Shown in pieces: positions 35,291 through 43,472 of a stretch of 51,104 nucleotides of DNA. The position numbers and the translations under genes are program-made. The notes under the pieces are model-generated. The model saw only the letters and a program-made list of their open reading frames with translations, was not told the DNA's origin and did no database searches. The DNA comes from Piedraia hortae CBS 480.64 (taxonomy: Eukaryota), in assembly GCA_010093745.1 (NCBI GenBank), contig MU005959.1:62001-113104 (forward strand), in the 5' to 3' direction. Position 1 is the first letter of the stretch; each line of letters opens with the position of its first letter.

Positions 35291-36590
35291 TCATTTCAAA
35301 TGAGGAGGATCCTTAAACCAGTCCAACTCAAGCGCTTGCCTTGCCGAGATGCGCTCACCGGGCTCCAGCCGCCGTGTCTTAGCAAACAGCTCCCCTGCCC
35401 TGCGGAATACCTGGAGCGACAGATTCTCCCACTTTGGACCACCAAAACTCCCACAATACCTCCATATGAGGGCATTCATGCTATCAGGTTCATCATGGGT
35501 TGAATCCTCGTCGTCCAAATCCTTTTGGTGCAATTTCCTCTGCCAACGGACAGGGAGCCGTTCATGGCGATCTTTGATCTCGGCACCGCAGAGCGCATCT
35601 TGACCCAACAACGGCGAGTTGATTAGAAGCACGAAAAACTATTGACTTGAGCTTGCTGGAGTGTCAGAAAGATGGAGCCACATACCAACATTCCAGCACT
35701 CCACATTTCTATTTTCTCGTCAAGTGTCGCCAAAGTCCATCTCTGAACCACGCCAGATGGGAAATAATCTGAGATCGGCTGGCAGAGAAGACATATAAAA
35801 CGCATGTCCAAAGCCTGTGAGCTTGCTATCGTCCTCGTCCAGAACTTGCGTGGAATGATAGCTATGCCCCACAAGATATCTTGGCACAGACCCTGGAAGA
35901 GGGGTTCCGTCCTGGCTCCTCATTTCGAGGCTTTCCTCACTACGAAAGCAATGCGAGAACTCCTCTTCTGTAAGGTCAATGATGCCGCGCGCTGTCCATA
36001 CGAGATTGTCGGGATACGATTCGCCATGCACAGTGCCGTGTAGGTACAAACAGTCAACCGCATGCAGAACTTGGTGATGGAGTCCTCTGGTGGAACTGGC
36101 TTTGAATCGGTTATGATCAGCATTGAAAGGGCTCCAGTCTTTCACGAAATGCTGTCGGGCGGAAACACCATAAACATCAGTCACGGTGCAACGGTGTGTC
36201 CCATTTGGCCCCACAAGCTCAAAGTCTTTAAGATCGTAAAATCTTTTAAGATCCCTGCCTCTATGCTTGACGGAGGATTTGCAACGAGGATCTTAATCGC
36301 CACGAGCCTTGGCTTCCTGCAGATTCATGAGCTTATTCAGAGGACAGGATAGCAAGTGGAGGATCAACTCTTCATCTCTCGCTGCAGACAGTTGCAAAGG
36401 ATCCGAAGCCTAGTTTGTGCAATATTCTGTAACGCCCGTTATGCAGAATGTCCTCGAGATGCACGGGGTGAAACTCGTCCGGGGCATAGCGTCGGACGCT
36501 CTCACAGCTGGGTAAATCACACGCATAGGAAAAACGGTGAGGTCCCTTGTCCGCCACCAGGTTTCGATTTGTAGGTGATTGAGTAAACAT
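35291..36590 (-). pseudogene. SRPK/Sky1-like (CMGC) protein kinase pseudogene
   Basis: YAPDEFHPVHLEDILHNGRYRILHKLGFGSFATV, GPNGTHRC, VPRYLV, EMWSAG and LEPGERISARQALELDWF lie in separate frames; catalytic motifs degraded (VHGESYPDN, LTGFG). Boundaries approximate. Confidence 0.85.
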
Positions 36591-37370
36591 TGTTGCAGGG
36601 TAGTTTCGAAGAGCAATTTGAGGCGTGCGTGTTGGCCGCAAGATTGAGCGCACATTGGCACGGCGGTACGGCTGCTGCAGGTCGGAACCCTCGCAAGTTA
36701 CGAAGATTTGCGAGTTATTGTCTGCCACCCAGTTTTGGCAAGGTTTACGCTAAACAGAGGTCCATGTATTAGTGTCTCATTAGCGTGTCCTATTTGGGCG
36801 CGACTTTTCGACTGTCGTTCCGCCCCGCTCCCTTCCAGCGCTAGCAAGGGACCCTGTATCAGTTGCATACGCCAGAAAAGTCTGTATCCGTAACGCGGGG
36901 TTCCCCATGCTGGCCCACCACGTCCCCACTCTCATTCTTTTTCTCCTAAAACACCATGGAGGGAAAAACACACTCTGAAGAAAGTATGACAATACAGAAC
37001 GATACCAACAAATTGCCTGTTCTTACGTCAAGACACAATGTTGCTGGCCGCGTGGTGGCCATAAGCATGGAGGCCACCCCCGGTGAGTTTCCGGCATACC
37101 AGTCGGCCGTGGAGGCAACTTTAGAGGCCCTGGAGGATCCTGAGCTTGTTAAATACACTCGGGCATCTATAATGTAGTATTACAATGTCGACTACAAAGT
37201 TACCTGGTCAATAGCAAGATGCCTGGGTACGCCATGGTGAAGAGATCCCATGTCATCATCAAGTTGTACACCGACGATGCGGAGGAGCACCCGACTACCC
37301 TGTGCGTGAAACTCACATACTTCTATGCAGGACGCAGACTCTTTACGACTGAAAGGGCTGTTGGAGAAGT

Positions 37371-37717
37371 TGTTGGATTCAAGCACCGCCGCTAGCGCGT
37401 ATGCGGGGCAGTTGCATAGCAAGTCAGCGATACCTCCTACACTACCAGCTGCACCCTAGGTTTTTTCCTTCACAGAGTTTTTCCCCTCAGGGTCATGTCA
37501 TATGTGACATGGCTAATGCACCCTGCAGGTGTGCAACGTGACGTCACCGGCCCACCGGTACAGAATTTTTATAGTTATAGACACTGTCGTATCGACACTG
37601 GTATTGGCTCATATCCATCTGTATCTGTCCTGTCCCTGTTGTCGATTTTTGTCTATCGCTTCGTCCTCTTGGTTCGGGCCGCTGCGCACTCCCATCCATG
37701 AAAGCCCTATCACTACA
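37371..37717 (+). mobile_element. Solo/chimeric LTR of the copia family, inverted relative to the full element
   Basis: Begins TGTTGGATTCAAGC; the first about 200 bp are near-identical to the reverse complement of 38611-38808; ends ...CACTACA, with a 10-bp terminal duplication to 37727. Confidence 0.9.
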
Positions 37718-37899
37718 TATCACTACATGGTCAACGTTCTCGTCCAACGCCCCGCGGACCGTCGGTCAAATGTTGCATATGGCCAGAGCTTCAGAATATA
37801 TGCTTTGAGTCCTCGTTGCTCGCCCCATGCAGAAAATCAGCCTCTTTATACAGCATTCGTCTCGGGTTCGACGGACGTTATAAATGGGTGGGACAAGGC

Positions 37900-38035
37900 T
37901 ATGGTGAGCTTGGAGCATGTCGAGACCAACAGAGCCAGGAAGAAGTGGGACGACAAATAATACGGCCCCTACCAAGTCCTACAGGCATACCGAGGAGCAG
38001 TAACGGTCAAACTGCAATCAGAACACGAGTTTAAT
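37900..38035 (+). pseudogene. Ty3/gypsy integrase C-terminal (GPY/F) relic
   Basis: Translation VSLEHVETNRARKKWDDK*YGPYQVLQAYRGAVTVKL resembles the T.RP.KKLD.K..GPY.I motif of fungal gypsy integrases; contains an in-frame stop. Confidence 0.6.
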
Positions 38036-38219
38036 GACAGTTCAAGGCTTCGATGGCGCAGCTACAACACCAAAATGCTCAATGAACGATCATCTCTGTA
38101 CAGCCGCCAACAGTGTTCGTCTCACAGAATGCGCAAGCCTCGGTCATGGCAGAGGGCGCATGTGCCTCCAAGTCACTCAACGCAGTGAGAGGTGAAGTCC
38201 AGCAAAAACGAGACGTAAC

Positions 38220-38398
38220 ACCGTAGAGATTGGCAAGCAAGATATTCTGAGCTAAACCCTTTCGGGACTTGGGGAGCAAGCTGCGACCAATAGCATGCGG
38301 GAGCCCCGCCTGGATGTCGACGCCCATTGGTGTAATTTCACTCTTCCCCATTCCAATTAAGCTTAGCTCAGAATGTCTTGCTTGTCAGTCTCTACGGT
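38220..38398. repeat. 36-bp inverted repeat with 107-bp spacer
   Basis: ACCGTAGAGATTGGCAAGCAAGATATTCTGAGCTAA (38220-38255) versus TTAGCTCAGAATGTCTTGCTTGTCAGTCTCTACGGT (38363-38398); three mismatches. Confidence 0.9.
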
Positions 38399-38445
38399 AA
38401 TCGATCTACATATATCTATGTAGAGCATATTTACATCCCTACTTC

Positions 38446-38808
38446 TGTAGAGATTTTAGCTCCCGTGGGTGAGATTGCGCAGCGACCCGAAGAGGACGGA
38501 GCGATAGACAGAATCAGTGACAGGACAGATGTAGATGTATATGAGTCAATACCAGTGTCAAAATGACAGTGTGAATGACTATCTATCTCTACGAGGGGAC
38601 GTCAGAATCAAAATTCTGTACCGGTGGGCCGGTGACGTCACGTTGCACACCTGCAGGGTGCATTAGCCATGTCACATATGACATGACCCTGAGGGAAAAA
38701 ACTCTGTGAAGGAAAAAACCTAGGGTGCAGCTGGTAGTGTAGGAGGTATCGCTGACTTGCTATGCAAGTGCCCTGCATACGCGCTAGCGGCGATGCTTGA
38801 ATCCAACA
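38446..38808 (-). repeat. 3' LTR of the copia element (363 bp, mosaic)
   Basis: TGTTGG...CTACA in element orientation, directly after the PPT; contains the ENE-like motif (38687-38725), a CATGTCA/TGACATG hairpin and a GTGACGTCAC palindrome. Confidence 0.93.
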
Positions 38809-38818
38809 GTCCCCCTCA
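38809..38818 (-). other. Polypurine tract of the copia element
   Basis: TGAGGGGGAC immediately 5' of the 3' LTR TG in element orientation. Confidence 0.85.
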
Positions 38819-38849
38819 AGCAAGGTGCTAGCAGGCAAGTTGCGGAAGG

Positions 38850-38970
38850 AGCAAGATAGTCAGTGATATGGTGCTGCGAAAGCAAGATATCAGTGAGTAT
38901 GATGCGTGATTAGCAAGATGGTCAGCGAGACGGTGCCGAGAAGGCAAGATGTTACTGAGCATGGTGCAGG
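38850..38970. repeat. Four degenerate 31-bp tandem units in the copia 3' UTR
   Basis: Units start RGCAAGAT at 38850, 38881, 38912 and 38943, each followed by a TCAGTGA-like and an ATGGTGC-like block. Confidence 0.75.
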
Positions 38971-41900
38971 GCTAAACTGATGGCTGAAGCGAGCCTTTGC
39001 AAGGTTGGCTTGGGCAGTGCCTTCGTACAGATGTCTGCGAGGTTAATATTGGAGGGAGTGTGACTTACCACAAAACTCTTTCCGTTGTGGTCTCGAGCGA
39101 AATGGTAGTGATAAGCAATATGCTTGATCTTGGTGACGCTCTTTAGACCATTTATCAAAGTGATAGCCGCTTCATTGTCGAGGAGGAGTTGGTAGCGATC
39201 CAAGTCCCATTCTTTGGATGCGGGGATCAGTTCGTGTAGGCCGTGACGGACCCAGACGAGGTGGCTAGCGGCATTCGAGGCGGCCATGTACTCTGCTTCG
39301 CAGGTAGATTTGCCAACGTCGGATTGCCGGGAGCTGTGCCATGAAACGACACATTTTCCTACGAGGAGTAAATACCCGGCGTAGGATTTCGATTCCCAGT
39401 CCGAGAGCCAAGACGAGTCCGAAAACATCTCTATAGACGTATCGGTGCGTCGAATGGGGTATCGGAGTCGGTAATCGATGGTAGCCTTTAGGTACCGAAG
39501 AGTCTGGTTGACAAGTCCCATGTGTGCCTTTCCTGGGCGGGAGCTGAAAGCGCTGAGACGAGCAATCGTATATGCTAGGTCTGGGCGGGTTCCAGTAACA
39601 AGATAATTTAGTGAACCGATCTTCTGCTGGTAAAGGCGCACGTCGGCCAGGGTTTCATCACCACCGAGAGGTTCGGGCCGGCTGTTTGGGTCCATTGGTG
39701 TCATTCGCCCATTGCATTTTGACATGCCGAAGCGTTCCAACACTCGCTTGGCATAATCTCTCTGCGATATCTCGATGGTGGTCGGCGTGGTGGAGATTTC
39801 CAGGCCCAGGAGGTATTTGGCTGGGCCAAGGTCTTTACACTTGAAGGTGTTGCTCATGATTTCCTTGAAGGCTGTGACCGATTCTGGGTCCCCCACAATC
39901 AGAAGATCGTCGACATAGATGCCGATGTAAATCTTTTGATTAGTGTGCGTGAAGATGCACGGGTCCAGTCTTGTCTGTTCGTAGCCTTGTTGCTGGAGCT
40001 TTGAGGAAAGTGTTCCGTACCACTCTCGTCCAGATTGTTTTAGCCCATATATAGCTTTGTGTAGTCGGACCAGACCAATCTCGAATGTGCCTGGTGGCGG
40101 TCGCATATAGATTGTGTGTGACAGGGGCGCATTGAGGTATGCCGTGTCAAAGTCCATCTGATGCGGCACAAAGTTGAATTGGGCGGCTAGCGCAAGGAGA
40201 AGTCGCAGGGAGTCGAAGCGAGCAACTGGTGCGTAAGTTTCGGTGTAGTCAATTCCTTGAATCTGAGAAAATCCTTGAGCTACAATACGAGCCTTATGTC
40301 GAACCAAGTTGCCTTCGTGGTCAAACTTTTTAGCAAAGACCCATCTGCTCCCAACAATATTCTGGTCGACCCGTTCTGATGCTGATGACCATGTTCCATT
40401 TATTTCATGTGACTTTAGTTCAGTCTCCATGGCTTCTTGCCATTTGGGCCATTCCGAGGAGTTGCGAGCTTGGTTGTACGTGGCCGGAACGTCGTTGTCT
40501 AGAGCGGTAAGGGCAAAGTCTTCGAGCTCGATGTCGGTTGCGGTCATGGCAGCATCGGCTTGTTGCTTTCGCAAAGTTGGCTTGACTATCCGGCCTGATC
40601 GGGTAACAGTTGGCCTTGGTTCGTCTTCCGGAGAGGTGTCGACGTCCATATCAGCCGGTGGTGGGGATGTGCCGCGATCTAGCTCCGGCGATAGAGAAGT
40701 TTCTGGCTGAGCTGCTGGCTGAGTTGCCGGGGTTGTTGCCGGGGTTGTTGCCGGAGTTGATGCTGGAGTTGATGCAGTCGCAGAGGGTGAGTGCGCCTGG
40801 AACGGCGGAAAGGTCACGTTCTGTGACTGGATCAAAGCCTTGCGGTCCGGAACGTAGACCTTATAGATTTTTGTGCTCAGACCATATCCGACAAGGATGC
40901 CATCCTCCGCTCGCCAGAGAGCTTTGGAATCTGGTGCTCGGGCCTCTTTAGGGATGTGAACAAAACAACGTTGGCCGAAAGGGTGAAGGTGCCCGATAGT
41001 AGGGAGTTCGCCGGTTAGGGCTTGGTGTGGCGTTATCCGATCTTGTAGCGAAGAGTGCGGCTTAATGTTGCGCAAGTAGACTGCTGTGTTGATGGCTTCA
41101 GCCCAAAGCTTGAGGTGCGAGTCGTCTTGGATCATGGCCCTCATATCGTCAGTGATGGTGCGGTTGTAACGCTCTGCTACCCCGTTTGACTCATGATGGC
41201 GAGGAGCAATGGGCTCCCACTTAATGCCGTTTCTCTTGAGGATGTCGCGAGAGATCATGTACTCGCCTGCGTTGTCAGACCTGAATCGTTTAATTTTTCG
41301 GTCATATTGAACATCCACGAATGCCAGAAAGTCGCGGATTTCTGCTTTGGTGTCATCCTTTTGCTTGAGAAACCGAACCCAGGTATATCGGGTGTAATCG
41401 TCAATGAAAGTTAGGTAATATCGAGAGCCGCCGATCGACGGAGTCGCAAATTTTCCAGAGAGGTCCGAATGAATTAGTTCAAACGGTCGTGTAGATCTTC
41501 GGTACATTAATGACTTAGGTTTGTGGTATGTGGCCTTCGCTCTGGCGCAGTCGTCACAAAAGAAGTCCTTGGGTTTTGGTGGCACAAGGCTTCCATCGGC
41601 AAAGACCTTGGTAGGCAACTCAATGTTTGCGTGACTGAGGGCTTCGTGGAACTCTCTGTATGAGGAGAAGGATGCGTTGTTGGCTACCGCGCAGCTATCT
41701 TTTACCTGGACGAGGAATCCGCCATGACTGTACTTTCCCCAGATGATATCTACTCCGTCCTTGGATAGGTGCACATTGTCCCCAGTCCCCCTGAGCTCGA
41801 TGCCAACAGAGCGAATCTGCGGCCAGCTAAATAGGCGGGTCGTGTTTAGCTCGCTACTATAGAGGACGTTTGACAGCATGATGGTCTTGGTTTCTCCGTT

Positions 41901-42128
41901 GGGGAGCTTTGAGAGGAGTTTGACGGATCCTATGCCTTCTACGTTGAGTCTTCCCCCGCCGGCGACGCGAATGAAGCCCTGGTATGGCTTGAGATCAGTG
42001 AAGTCGTCGCGGCATCCTGACATGTGCTTGGTCGCTCCGGTATCGAAATACCATGCGGGCTGGGAAGGAGGGAGCTCGCTGAGGAAGGCGACATCAGCGA
42101 TCAGCGCGATAATCTCCTCGTCAACGGC
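38952..42128 (-). CDS. pol: Copia Pol (protease-integrase-reverse transcriptase-RNase H), uninterrupted
   Basis: PR WYFDTGATKHM; IN HEALSH...CDDC, LIHSDLSG, RSDNAGEY, SNGVAERYNRT; RT HQMDFDTAYLNA, YGLKQSGREW, YVDDLL; RH FSDSSW, STCEAEY, DNEAAI, NLADICTK. The frame is open from the codon after the gag TAA. Confidence 0.95.
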   Translation of the reverse strand, partial: AVDEEIIALIADVAFLSELPPSQPAWYFDTGATKHMSGCRDDFTDLKPYQGFIRVAGGGRLNVEGIGSVKLLSKLPNGETKTIMLSNVLYSSELNTTRLFSWPQIRSVGIELRGTGDNVHLSKDGVDIIWGKYSHGGFLVQVKDSCAVANNASFSSYREFHEALSHANIELPTKVFADGSLVPPKPKDFFCDDCARAKATYHKPKSLMYRRSTRPFELIHSDLSGKFATPSIGGSRYYLTFIDDYTRYTWVRFLKQKDDTKAEIRDFLAFVDVQYDRKIKRFRSDNAGEYMISRDILKRNGIKWEPIAPRHHESNGVAERYNRTITDDMRAMIQDDSHLKLWAEAINTAVYLRNIKPHSSLQDRITPHQALTGELPTIGHLHPFGQRCFVHIPKEARAPDSKALWRAEDGILVGYGLSTKIYKVYVPDRKALIQSQNVTFPPFQAHSPSATASTPASTPATTPATTPATQPAAQPETSLSPELDRGTSPPPADMDVDTSPEDEPRPTVTRSGRIVKPTLRKQQADAAMTATDIELEDFALTALDNDVPATYNQARNSSEWPKWQEAMETELKSHEINGTWSSASERVDQNIVGSRWVFAKKFDHEGNLVRHKARIVAQGFSQIQGIDYTETYAPVARFDSLRLLLALAAQFNFVPHQMDFDTAYLNAPLSHTIYMRPPPGTFEIGLVRLHKAIYGLKQSGREWYGTLSSKLQQQGYEQTRLDPCIFTHTNQKIYIGIYVDDLLIVGDPESVTAFKEIMSNTFKCKDLGPAKYLLGLEISTTPTTIEISQRDYAKRVLERFGMSKCNGRMTPMDPNSRPEPLGGDETLADVRLYQQKIGSLNYLVTGTRPDLAYTIARLSAFSSRPGKAHMGLVNQTLRYLKATIDYRLRYPIRRTDTSIEMFSDSSWLSDWESKSYAGYLLLVGKCVVSWHSSRQSDVGKSTCEAEYMAASNAASHLVWVRHGLHELIPASKEWDLDRYQLLLDNEAAITLINGLKSVTKIKHIAYHYHFARDHNGKSFVVSHTPSNINLADICTKALPKPTLQRLASAISLALHHAQ

Positions 42129-43043
42129 TTACTGGGCATTAGCAGATGCTGGGCGGGGAGGACGCACGGGGTTAGTTTGCGGCTTGCTCACGCGGTTACC
42201 GTCGCTGCGAAACTGTTGGAGTCGGCGACAGTTGCGGTGAGTATGGCCTTTAAAATTATGCCCACGCGATTTGCACCAGGTGCAGTGATCGCCCTCATTC
42301 GACCGCTTATTCTGATGGTGCTTGGCCTTATGGCGATCGGCTGTTGCCGTATGCAGGGCCATGTTGGGGGGCTCGCGGACAGTTTCCCGGTCCAGCATAT
42401 CTTGGAAGGGGTCCTGTAGCGCAGTGAATGAGACAATGCCCTGCGTGTGGAGATTGTGAACAAAGTTGTCGAGGGAGGCAGGGAGGGTGTTGATGAAAAA
42501 TGCCCCCTTTACAATGTCGCAGTCGAATGTATTGCGCAGAGCCTTAGCGACCACGTGCTCCGAAGAGGCGCACCGCATTTGCATGCGGCTCCAGAGGTTA
42601 TGGAACTTATCCATATGAGCCTGTAGTTCGCCGAGACTGGTGCCTTCGGCAAAGTGGAGGGTCATGATGGACCGGCAAAGCGAGGTCGTGTTGACGCCAC
42701 TGTCCTTGTCGAATCTCTTGGCCAGCTTGGTCCAGGCATCATGGGAAGTGGCAGTATTGTCAAGCAGCTCGTTGGCCGAGGTTGATACTGCGCTATACAG
42801 CATCATGCTCGCCTTCGAGTCTTTAGCTTCCCATGAGGAAAAGCTTGGATCATCATGGTCAGGTTGGGCGAATTCGCCGGACACAACGTCCCAGACGTCG
42901 TCAAACTTGAAAGCCTTGGTCCAGGCATTTCTCCAGTTATGGTATTGCTCACCCTTAAGGTTAAGCTGGGGCAGGCGGTTCGGATCGACTTTGAACGACC
43001 CTTGCCAATTCTGGCTGGTATTGCCTCGATTTGTGCGCGGCAT
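42129..43043 (-). CDS. gag: Copia Gag
   Basis: ATG (MPRTNRG) at 43043; L.GEQYHNWR...VWDVVSG, AWTKLAKRF gag motifs; Cys/His knuckle CTWCKSRGHNFKGHTHRNC; ends TAA 42131-42129 in frame with pol. Confidence 0.9.
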   Translation of the reverse strand: MPRTNRGNTSQNWQGSFKVDPNRLPQLNLKGEQYHNWRNAWTKAFKFDDVWDVVSGEFAQPDHDDPSFSSWEAKDSKASMMLYSAVSTSANELLDNTATSHDAWTKLAKRFDKDSGVNTTSLCRSIMTLHFAEGTSLGELQAHMDKFHNLWSRMQMRCASSEHVVAKALRNTFDCDIVKGAFFINTLPASLDNFVHNLHTQGIVSFTALQDPFQDMLDRETVREPPNMALHTATADRHKAKHHQNKRSNEGDHCTWCKSRGHNFKGHTHRNCRRLQQFRSDGNRVSKPQTNPVRPPRPASANAQ

Positions 43044-43099
43044 TGTCGATGAATTAGGTCGGTTAGCTAGGTCAACTTGTCCGGGGTTGCAGGCCACCC

Positions 43100-43111
43100 G
43101 GGCTCATAACC
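43100..43111 (-). other. Primer-binding site of the copia element
   Basis: GGTTATGAGCCC directly after the 5' LTR, the internal initiator-tRNA-Met (half-tRNA) type PBS typical of copia/Ty5-like elements. Confidence 0.85.
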
Positions 43112-43472
43112 TGTAGGTATTTAGCTCTCGTGGGTGAGAGTGCACAGCGACCCGAAGAGGGCGGAGCGATAGACGGAAACAGGGACAGGAAAGATGTAGA
43201 TGTATGTAAGTCAAAATACCAGTTGCAGCATGGTAGCGTGAATGACTATTTTTCAATAAGGGGACGTTCAGAATGAAAATTCTGTTCCGGTGGGCCGGTG
43301 ACGTCACGTCGTACACTAGCGGGGCGTATTCACCATGTCACATATGACATGACCCTGAGGGAAAACCTCTGTGAGGCAAAAACCTAGGGTGCAGCTGGTA
43401 GTGTAGGAGGTATCGCTGACTTGCTATGCAAGTGCCCTGCATACGCGCTAGCGGCGATGCTTGAATCCAACA
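43112..43472 (-). repeat. 5' LTR of the copia element (361 bp)
   Basis: TGTTGGATTCAAGC...ACCTACA followed by the PBS; ENE-like motif at 43353-43389. Confidence 0.93.

Larger units (their letters stand above)
38446..43472 (-). mobile_element. Ty1/copia LTR retrotransposon, near full length
   Basis: 5' LTR 43472-43112, PBS GGTTATGAGCCC, gag, PR-IN-RT-RH pol order, PPT TGAGGGGGAC, 3' LTR 38808-38446; both LTRs have TG...CA ends. Confidence 0.96.

Noticed and set aside
36956..37350. Possible gypsy chromodomain relic (YKVTW...HVIIKLY) before the split LTR
   Set aside because: Too degraded to call as a feature; used only as weak context for the inversion model.
38850..38970. Regularly spaced repeats considered as a CRISPR-like array
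   Set aside because: Eukaryotic retrotransposon context; units are contiguous degenerate tandem copies without unique spacers.
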